NCBI GenBank assembly: GCA_963830565.1
Contig: CAWHMO010000016.1
Location: 26,763-90,762 of the forward strand
Direction: 5' to 3'
DNA from: an uncultured Pseudomonadota bacterium
Lineage (GTDB): Bacteria > Pseudomonadota > Alphaproteobacteria > Acetobacterales > Acetobacteraceae
DNA: 64,000 nt
Position numbers and translations under genes: made by a program. Position 1 is the stretch's first letter, and the number at the start of each line of letters is the position of its first letter. The notes under the pieces were generated by a model, which was not told the origin of the DNA, ran no database searches, and saw nothing but the letters and a program-made list of their open reading frames with translations. This document shows positions 9,694 to 17,052 of the stretch, in pieces.

Positions 9694-10649
9694 CCGCGCG
9701 CCCTGCCCTTCTGGCCTGGATCGCCGTCGCGCTGATCGCGCTGGCCTATCCGTTCGTCGTCGACCCGTATTGGCTCACCGTCGGCATCCTGGCGCTGTTC
9801 TATGCCATCGTCGCCGCGAGCTGGACGCTGCTGGTCGGCTATGCCGGGCAGTTCTCCTTCGGCCATATGGGCTTTGTCGCGCTCGGCGCGTACGCCTCGG
9901 CGCTGCTGGTGCGCTATGCCGGCCTGCCGATCCCGCTCGCCGCGCTGGCGGGGGTCGCGCTGTGCCTGGTGGTTGGGGCGGGGATCGGCGGCATCTGCCT
10001 GCGGATGCGCGGCCCCTATCTCGCCATCTTCACCCTGGCCTTCGCCGAGGTGCTGCGCATCGTGCTGACCACGGAGAACGAGGTCACGGGCGGCTCCGGC
10101 GGGTTCCAGGCGGCGACGCTGTTCCACGGCCGCTCCGACATCCCCTACTATCTGGTCGCGCTGGGGCTGCTGGCCTTCACGCTGGCGGCCCTGGGATGGA
10201 TGGTCGTCTCGCGCTGGGGCCTGTTCTTCCGCGCAATCCGCGAGAACGAACGCGCGGCGGCGGCCTCGGGCGTGCGGGTGGTGCGCTTCCGCATCCTGGC
10301 CTTCGCCGTCTCCAGCAGCTTCGCCGGCCTCGCCGGCGCCTTCTATGCCCATTACATCGGGATGCTGACGCCCGATATCGGCTCGGTCGATCAGATGGGG
10401 CTGGTGGTGGCGATGGCGGTGATCGGCGGCTCCGAAAGCCTGGCGGCTGCCGTGCTCGGCGCGCTCGCGGTGGAGGCGCTGGTCGAGGCACTGCGCGCCT
10501 ACGGGCAGTGGCGGCTGGTGCTGTTCGGCGCGCTGCTGCTGCTGACCATGCGCTTCGCCCGCAACGGGCTGCTGGCGCTGGCCTGGGAGCAGACGCGCCG
10601 CGCGCTGGGCCTGCGCCGACCTCGCCGCACGGTCGAGCCGGCACAGTGA
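9690..10649 (+). CDS. livM: branched-chain amino acid ABC transporter permease (LivM family)
   Basis: Internal ATG 9690 of ORF 9216..10649 (ATGA overlap with livH). Contains LLVGYAGQFSFGHMGFVALGAY. Confidence 0.85.
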   Translation: MTARPALLAWIAVALIALAYPFVVDPYWLTVGILALFYAIVAASWTLLVGYAGQFSFGHMGFVALGAYASALLVRYAGLPIPLAALAGVALCLVVGAGIGGICLRMRGPYLAIFTLAFAEVLRIVLTTENEVTGGSGGFQAATLFHGRSDIPYYLVALGLLAFTLAALGWMVVSRWGLFFRAIRENERAAAASGVRVVRFRILAFAVSSSFAGLAGAFYAHYIGMLTPDIGSVDQMGLVVAMAVIGGSESLAAAVLGALAVEALVEALRAYGQWRLVLFGALLLLTMRFARNGLLALAWEQTRRALGLRRPRRTVEPAQ

Positions 10650-11365
10650 CGGCGCTGATCGAGGCCGCCGGCCTGACCCGCCGCTTCGGCGGCATCGTCG
10701 CGGTGAACGCGCTCGACCTGGCCGTGGAGGAGGGCGAGCTGGTCGGGCTGATCGGCCCCAACGGCTCGGGCAAGACCACCACCATCAATCTGCTGACCGG
10801 CCATCTGCCGCCGAGCGCCGGTCAGGTCCGCCTGCGCGGGCGGCGTGCGGACGGGCTGCCGGCCGATCGGTTTGCCGCGCGAGGCGTGGGGCGCACCTTC
10901 CAGATCACGCAGCTCTTCGGCCGGATGAGCGTGCTCGAGAACATGCTCGTGCCAGGGCTGGCGCGGTCCGGCTCCACCCGCGCCGGGGCGATGCGCGATG
11001 CGTGGCGGTATCTGACGTTCCTCAATCTCGCCGCCCTCGCGGCCCAGCCGGCGCGGAGTCTCTCGGGCGGCCAGCAGAAGCTGCTGGAGCTTGGCCGGGC
11101 GCTGATGCTGGAGCCGGCGATCCTGTTCCTGGACGAGCCGTTCGCCGGGGTGAACCCGTTCCTGCGTGATGAGATCATCGGCTTGGTGCGGTCGCTGCAC
11201 GAAGCGGGCCGGACCTTCGTCGTGGTGGATCACGACCTGGAGGCGATCCAGCGCCTGGTGCGCCGGCTGGTGGTGATGTCGCGGGGCGAGAAGATCGCCG
11301 ACGGCCCGGTTGCCGAGGTGCGCGACAATCCCGACGTGGTGCGCGCCTATACGGGGGCGGCGTGA
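10646..11365 (+). CDS. livG: branched-chain amino acid ABC transporter ATP-binding protein (LivG family)
   Basis: GTG 10646 (GTGA overlap). Carries GPNGSGKTT, LSGGQQKLLELGRAL and a LivG-type C-terminus (VRDNPDVVRAYTG). Confidence 0.9.
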   Translation: MTALIEAAGLTRRFGGIVAVNALDLAVEEGELVGLIGPNGSGKTTTINLLTGHLPPSAGQVRLRGRRADGLPADRFAARGVGRTFQITQLFGRMSVLENMLVPGLARSGSTRAGAMRDAWRYLTFLNLAALAAQPARSLSGGQQKLLELGRALMLEPAILFLDEPFAGVNPFLRDEIIGLVRSLHEAGRTFVVVDHDLEAIQRLVRRLVVMSRGEKIADGPVAEVRDNPDVVRAYTGAA

Positions 11366-12099
11366 TCCCGGCCCTCTCCGCGCGCGGGCTGGTCGCGGGC
11401 TACCTGCCCGGCATCCACATCCTGCACGGCGTCTCGGTCGATGTCATTCCGGGCCAGGTGCGCTGCGTGCTCGGCCCCAACGGCACCGGAAAATCGACCT
11501 TGCTGAAGGTGCTGTTCGGCTTTCTGCCGCCGGAGCAGGGCGAGGTACGCACGGGGGATCGTCCTCTGGCCGGCGTGGCGCCGCACCAGATGGGCGCGCG
11601 CGGCATCGTCTATCTGCCGCAACGCCCGAGCGTATTCCCGTATCTCAGCGTGGACGTGAACCTGCGGCTCGGCACCTGGATCTTCCGCCGCGACCGCGCG
11701 CGAGCGCGGGCGGCGATCGAGGCCGCGTACGGCCGCTTCCCGATCCTGGCGGAGAAGCGCGGCCAGAACGCCGGCACCCTGTCGGGCGGCCAGCAGCGGC
11801 AGCTGGAGATCGCGCGGGCGCTGCTGAACGACCCGGCGGTGTTCCTGATCGACGAGCCGACCGCCAGCATCGAGCCGCGTACCGGCGCGCGCATCTATAC
11901 GCTGATCCGGGATTTGGCGCGCGCCGGCAAGGCGGTTTTGCTGGTGGATCAGAACATCAAGGGCGCGCTGGACATCGCCGATCATGTGTACGTGCTGCGC
12001 ACGGGGACGATGTTCGCGGAGGGACCGCGCGCGGAGTTCACCGACAGCGTGGAAACGCTGGTCAAGACGTGGCTCTACACGGGGGAGCGGGTTTCCTGA
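11362..12099 (+). CDS. livF: branched-chain amino acid ABC transporter ATP-binding protein (LivF family)
   Basis: Carries GPNGTGKST, LSGGQQRQLEIARAL and FLIDEPT. It overlaps livG by 4 nt. Confidence 0.9.
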   Translation: MIPALSARGLVAGYLPGIHILHGVSVDVIPGQVRCVLGPNGTGKSTLLKVLFGFLPPEQGEVRTGDRPLAGVAPHQMGARGIVYLPQRPSVFPYLSVDVNLRLGTWIFRRDRARARAAIEAAYGRFPILAEKRGQNAGTLSGGQQRQLEIARALLNDPAVFLIDEPTASIEPRTGARIYTLIRDLARAGKAVLLVDQNIKGALDIADHVYVLRTGTMFAEGPRAEFTDSVETLVKTWLYTGERVS

Positions 12100-12196
12100 G
12101 CGTGTCCCCGATTTCTGCGAACATCGCACCAGGAGCTTTGATGCAGAAATTAGGTTCTTTGCGCCATTTAGGGTCAATTCTAGCAGCAGGGAAAGC

Positions 12197-13278
12197 ATGG
12201 TCGAACTGGCTGTAGTAGTCGCTGACATCACGGAGAGACCTTGTGATCTTCTCCTTTTGAAGCACGCGGACGGATTCCACGGAGTCGATGCAATCGTCTC
12301 GGAGCGTCTCGGGTTCAGTGCGGGAGCACCCGAGGGCGAGGTGGCCTTCTTGAGCGGGCGGAATATTAAGGCACGGAAAGTTCTATACATCGGAGTCGGC
12401 CCTCTAGGCCAATTTCGCTACCCGCAAATTCGAACGTTCGGACGTAGGGCACTGGAGCTTGCCGCTCGGGGTTCGGGGCGCACCCAAGTCCTTTGCACAC
12501 CCCTTCACGGCCCAGGGTATGGCTTGGACGAACGGGAAGCGTTCCTTTCGCTTGTTGGTGGATTTGGGACGGAATTGAGAGTAGCAACATTCCCAAAGAC
12601 TTGGAGCGCATCGAAATTGTGGAGAGGGACTTAAGAAAAGCGAAACGACTAGGTAAGATATTATCTGAATTCGTTGCTTCATCCTCGCACACCGAAAACA
12701 AGCGAAATCCACTTTATGGCAAGCAAACCTTTAACCTCGCTGCGGTATCACACCAAGGTCTCTCGTCATTCGGAGTTCAAAGCGAACGAAAAACTAAGCT
12801 GTTCGTCGCCATGCCTTTCGCACCTGAACATAGCGATGTGTGGGAGATTGCCATCCAAGAATCCTGCCAGGCCGCGGGAATTATTTGCGAGCGTGTGGAT
12901 GAGCAGGCTTATACGGGCGACATACTTATCCAAATCACGTCTCGCCTGCGAGACGGGAGCGGTGTGTTGGCGCTTCTTAACGATGCCAACCCTAATGTCT
13001 TCCTTGAGATCGGCTTTGCGTGGGGAGCAGGGAAGCCAACCGTCCTAATCGCCAAAAAGGATGCTTCGCTTCCGTTCGATGTGCGAGGCCAAAAGTGCAT
13101 TCTGTACACTTCCATCGCGAATCTCCGTTCTCTCCTAACAGCGGAGCTCATTTCGCTTAAAGCGCAAGGGGTATTCGAATTATACAGGTCCGCGGTCTTC
13201 CCTCTAGCCGGCAGCTACCTAGAGTTGGTGAATGGACTTGCTCTCCGTTACCAGATTGCTGCGGAGGAACATCAATGA
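12197..13278 (+). pseudogene. Macro domain fused to a nucleoside-2-deoxyribosyltransferase/TIR-like domain; frame switches once (possible sequencing indel)
   Basis: ATG 12197 lies within ORF 11984..12634. Macro landmarks are VVADITERPCDLLLLKHADGFHGVDAIV, VLYIGVGP and LCTPLHGPGYGLDEREAF. The sequence continues in ORF 12493..13278 (DGIESSNIPKDLERIEIVERD...). That part carries KLFVAMPF...LALLNDANPNVFLEIGFAWGAGKPTVLI...SLPFDV. The frame switch is at TTTGGGAC, 12563-12570. The gene is visibly A/T-richer than its flanks. Confidence 0.6.
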
Positions 13279-14313
13279 CGCAGAAAGCTGAGCAGAAGGC
13301 TATCGAGCGGGCCGGCCACGATCCAGTTCGCCGCAGCTTCGTTCTCGGCGGCGGCTTGGCCGCCAGCGTGGCCCTTGTCGGCGCCGCAGCCGCGCAGACC
13401 GTCCAAACCTCGCCCGAGCCCCATATGCTCAACGGTCAGCCAATGCCCGAGCCGCCGGCCGACAAGACCGCTGGTCCGGTGCGTCCAGGGCGGGGTTCGG
13501 CGCTGACCGGAAAGATCGCGGTAGTCACGGGTGCGGCGCGCGGCATCGGCCGGGCGATCGCCGTGGAATTGGCGGCGAACGGCGCCGACGTCGCGGTGCT
13601 CGACATCGCCGGCCCGGTCAGCCCGGCCTCGGACGCCGAGCCCGCCACCCCTGCCGAGCTGGCCGCGACCGTGCGCCAGATCCAGGCCTATGGCCGTCGG
13701 AGCCAAGCCATCCGCGCCGACATCCGCGACATCAAGGCGCTGCGCGCCGCCGCCGATCAAGTAGAGCAGGCATACAGCAAGATCGACATCGTTGTTGCCG
13801 ACGCGGCCATCCAGCGCTGGAAGCCTCTCCTCGACATGGAGGACAGCGACTGGTCGGACGTGATCGACAACAACCTGAACGGCACTGCCAACACCATCCG
13901 CGCCTTCGCGCCGAAGATGGTGGCCCGGCGCGAAGGACGCATCATCGTGCTCTCCTCCATGCAGGGCAAACACGGCACAAGGACGCGTCGACCTACTCGG
14001 CGTCGAAATGGGGCATACTGGGGCTGATGAAGTCGGCCGCGCTGGAACTGGGCCAATACAACGTCACGGTGAACGCGCTCATCCCCGGCCTCGTGGACAC
14101 GCCGCTCACGCGCTACGAGAAGCGCCTGAAGGAAAGCATGGAAGAGACCGGCCAGAAGCCTCCCGAGCGGCCGACGCGCAACAGGCATGGGACACACGCG
14201 CGCCAACCGTGCCCCTGAAGGTCGGCTGGCCGCAACCCGACGACATCTCCCCAGCCGCCGTGTTCCTGGCCTCCGACGCCGCGGCTATGGTGACGGGGGC
14301 GGAGAACAAGTGA
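13275..14313 (+). pseudogene. Tat-signal SDR-family oxidoreductase, at least two frameshifts
   Basis: Twin-arginine leader (PVRRSFVLGGGLAASVALVGAAAAQ), Rossmann motif VVTGAARGIGRA, and S...YSASK in a second frame. The frames run 13275->(~13978) 14027-frame ->(~14165-14182) 14008-frame, ending FLASDAAAMVTGAENK*. A third shift may extend it to TAG 14340-14342. Confidence 0.7.
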
Positions 14314-14477
14314 CCGAGGGTGACAGCGCGAAGGATGTTTAGGGCTTTATGACGTTCTGATCGTTGGCCCCGGCATCAAGTGCGTGCGAACCATGCCTGC
14401 CGGCTGGCGCCGGCACCATCCCTGACGCCGCGAGACGAGGGACTGTGCCTTTGGCGGAGTACGGCCTAACGTTCTGC

Positions 14478-14790
14478 CCCTGGATGATAGATCTCTCGGT
14501 CAATCCCAAGAGGGTCGACATGGACACTGAAGGTTTTCTGGTCCGGCCGCTCCCAAGCGGTGCGGCTGCCCAAGAAGTTCCGATTCGCGACGGGGGAGGT
14601 TCGTATCCGGCGACACGGCCATGGAGTGATCTGGAGCCGATCGCCACTGATTGGGCTTGGCTGGACGCGCTGATCGGCTTGCTCGACAAGGATTTCGTCG
14701 AGGCCACTATCAAGCAACCAGAGGGGCAGGAGTGCGCGCTGCTGAATTTTTTCGAGTGAAATACCTTCTCGACGCCAATGCCGTGATTGG
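14478..14790 (+). repeat. direct repeat copy 1 (vapB-like antitoxin plus vapC 5' stub)
   Basis: It aligns by eye, roughly three-quarters identical, with 15413-15715. Shared strings include GTGCGGCTGCC, TTCCGATTCGCGACGG, TGGCTGGACGCGCTGAT and GATTTT. Confidence 0.7.
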
Positions 14791-14932
14791 GCTGTTGGCC
14801 GGCACTACAAGGCTTCTGTCGCGGGTTCGCCAGCAGACCCGCATGAAGCATCACCCGACGCGATGCGCTTCTGGCCATCATTTCCGGCGATTGGATAGAT
14901 GCATGTCTGACGAGAGGGGGAAAACCCCATGA
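14515..14932 (+). pseudogene. degenerate vapB(AbrB/VagC-type antitoxin)-vapC(PIN) remnant, copy 1
   Basis: One frame reads [36 protein letters not shown] and the other reads [25 protein letters not shown]...LLNFFE*, with the shift near 14628-14633. GTG 14756 (GTGA overlap) opens VKYLLDANAVIGLLAG, a PIN N-terminus that loses homology after about 28 aa. Confidence 0.6.
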
Positions 14933-15258
14933 TTCGATTGACGGTTGCTATAAGCATTTTATGCACAGCGTTGAGTGGTCAGACACTGGCGCAGCAAGGT
15001 GCTCAGCCTCAAACTCTTGAAGAGTTAAACAGGAAATTGGAGGCAGATCTAAAGAAAGTCCCCCCGGGTTCGGTGCAGACCATGTTGGTGCCGTTGAATC
15101 AATCGTTGACAGATTTGTTGAATAGCGGGTGGACTATTTCGAGCGGAGGTCCTGCTACCGGGCTTGTACTTCGACAAGGAAGCAAGTGGGTAGCTTGTCA
15201 GATTAACGACGGTCGGTTTGGGTCGCCGCCAGCTTCACATTGCCTGTCCCTAAATTGA
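14929..15258 (+). CDS. small secreted hypothetical protein (109 aa)
   Basis: ATG ORF with a Sec-type signal (MIRLTVAISILCTALSGQTLAQQ). It is A/T-rich relative to its surroundings, and I recognise no family. Confidence 0.5.
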   Translation: MIRLTVAISILCTALSGQTLAQQGAQPQTLEELNRKLEADLKKVPPGSVQTMLVPLNQSLTDLLNSGWTISSGGPATGLVLRQGSKWVACQINDGRFGSPPASHCLSLN

Positions 15259-15412
15259 TAGGCTCGGGGCGTGGCGATACGGTCCCTCCGGGACGCTCGC
15301 AGGGCAGCGGGTCGCTTTCCATATAGCGACTTCTCCTACGCGGCGACGGGCCAGTTCGGGTTGAGAGCGGGAGTCTCGGCAGCCTTGTATGCAAAGGAGG
15401 GATTGGAACTAC

Positions 15413-15715
15413 GTCCCTGGATGTCCCATCCCGTAGGGTAGATACGGACACTGCCAACGTCGTCTGGTCCAGTCGCTCCCAGGCAGTGCGGCTGCCGAAG
15501 GAATTCCGATTCGCGACGGAAGAGATCCACATCCGGCGACCTGACATCCGGTGATCCTGGAGCGATCGCTACCGATTGGGTTTGGCTGGACGCGCTGATT
15601 GGCCTCCTCGACGAGGACTTTGTTGAGGCCACGACCAAGAAACCGAAGGAGCAGGAAAGCCCGGTGCTGGATTTTTTAGTGAAGCATCTGCTTCGATCCG
15701 ATACCCTCATGTACG
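15413..15715 (+). repeat. direct repeat copy 2 (vapB-like antitoxin plus vapC 5' stub)
   Basis: See copy 1. The two copies bracket the 109-aa secreted ORF. Confidence 0.7.
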
Positions 15716-15741
15716 TTGAGGATTGCGAGTCGGCCAAGTAG
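15440..15741 (+). pseudogene. degenerate vapB-vapC remnant, copy 2
   Basis: One frame reads [29 protein letters not shown] and another reads [38 protein letters not shown]. The shift is near 15560-15566, a different position from copy 1. GTG 15679 opens VKHLL..., which stops after 20 codons (TAG 15739-15741). Confidence 0.55.
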
Positions 15742-15774
15742 CCACCGACTTGGCGCGCAGGCTACGATCCGCCC

Positions 15775-17049
15775 ATGACCGAGTTCCGTTTCCTGCACGC
15801 GGCCGACCTGCACCTCGACAGCCCGCTGCGAGGCTTGGCCGCCGACCGCGAGGCTCCGGCGGAGCGCATCCGCGCCGCGACCCGCGCCGCGTTCACCAAC
15901 CTCGTCGACCTCGCCCTCGCCGAGCGGGTCGCGTTCGTGGTGATGGCGGGCGATCTGATCGACGGAGAGTGGCAGGACTGGCGCACCGGGCATTTCCTGC
16001 TGACCGAGATCGCGCGGCTCAGGGATGCAGGCATCAAGTTCTACGCGATCCACGGCAACCACGACGCCGCCAATCCGGTGCTCGGCCGGCTTCGCCTGCC
16101 CGATGGCGCGGGCACCATCCTCGACGCCGCGAAACCGCGGACCGTGCGTTTGCCGGAGCACGGGGTCTCGATCCACGGCCAGAGCTTTCCCACACGCGAC
16201 GTGCGCACCAATCTCGCCCTCGACTATCCCAAGCCGGAGCCCGGCCACTTCAACATCGGCCTGCTGCACACCGCCGCGACCGGCCGCGACGGGCACGAGA
16301 ACTATGCGCCCTGCACCGTCGACCAGCTCGCGGCGCATGGCTACGAGTACTGGGCGCTCGGCCACGTCCACGCCCGCGAGGAGCTGGCGCGCGATCCGTG
16401 CTGGATCGTCTTTCCCGGCAACACCCAGGGGCGCCATATCCGCGAGACCGGGCCGAAGGGCGCGACGCTCGTGACCGTGCGCGACCGGCGGGTGGCGGCG
16501 GTGGCGCACCGCCCCCTCGATGACGTGCGCTGGGCCATGCTGGACATCGAGCTGGCCCCCGAGCTGGACGAGAGCGCGGTGCTGGACGCCGTGCGCCAGC
16601 GCCTCGGAGCGGCGCTGGACGAGGCCGGGGATCGGCTGCTGGCGGTGCGGCTGATTTTGCGCGGCGCCTGCGGCGCGCACGCGGCGCTGGTCCGCGATCT
16701 CGGCGCGACGCGCGACCGGCTGCACGGCGAGGCGACTGCGCTCGCCGGCGATGCGATCTGGCTTGAGGACGTCCGGCTCCTGACCCGCCCCGCGCTCGAT
16801 CGCGCCGCGACGCGGGCGCGCTCCGATGCCATGGGAAAGCTGCTTGGCCAGATCGACGACATGCGACCGGACGCGCTGGCGCCGCGCCTGCAGGAATACT
16901 GCGCGGCGATGCTCGACCGCGCACGAGGCCTGCGCGAAACGCTGGGGGAGGATCATCCGGCAGTGGCCGGCGCGCGCGGCGAGATCACCCCGGAGATGCT
17001 GGAGCGCGCGCGCCAGTTGCTGCTCGCGCACATGGCGGCGGAAGACTGA
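15775..17049 (+). CDS. metallophosphoesterase, SbcD/Mre11-like DNA repair exonuclease (YhaO-like)
   Basis: Calcineurin-like phosphoesterase motifs are present: FLHAADLHLD, VVMAGDL, IHGNHD, GHVH. Confidence 0.85.
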   Translation: MTEFRFLHAADLHLDSPLRGLAADREAPAERIRAATRAAFTNLVDLALAERVAFVVMAGDLIDGEWQDWRTGHFLLTEIARLRDAGIKFYAIHGNHDAANPVLGRLRLPDGAGTILDAAKPRTVRLPEHGVSIHGQSFPTRDVRTNLALDYPKPEPGHFNIGLLHTAATGRDGHENYAPCTVDQLAAHGYEYWALGHVHAREELARDPCWIVFPGNTQGRHIRETGPKGATLVTVRDRRVAAVAHRPLDDVRWAMLDIELAPELDESAVLDAVRQRLGAALDEAGDRLLAVRLILRGACGAHAALVRDLGATRDRLHGEATALAGDAIWLEDVRLLTRPALDRAATRARSDAMGKLLGQIDDMRPDALAPRLQEYCAAMLDRARGLRETLGEDHPAVAGARGEITPEMLERARQLLLAHMAAED

Positions 17050-17052
17050 GCG

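Noticed and set aside
8791-12099. livHMGF without an adjacent substrate-binding protein as an anomaly
   Set aside because: Liv-type SBPs are commonly unlinked. One such orphan SBP is present at 34137-35360, and others may lie elsewhere in the genome.
12141-12215. 24-codon ORF (MQKLGSLRHLGSILAAGKAWSNWL) overlapping the start of the Macro/NDT gene as a leader peptide
   Set aside because: It has no RBS and no recognisable attenuator structure, and could easily be a chance ORF in A/T-richer DNA.
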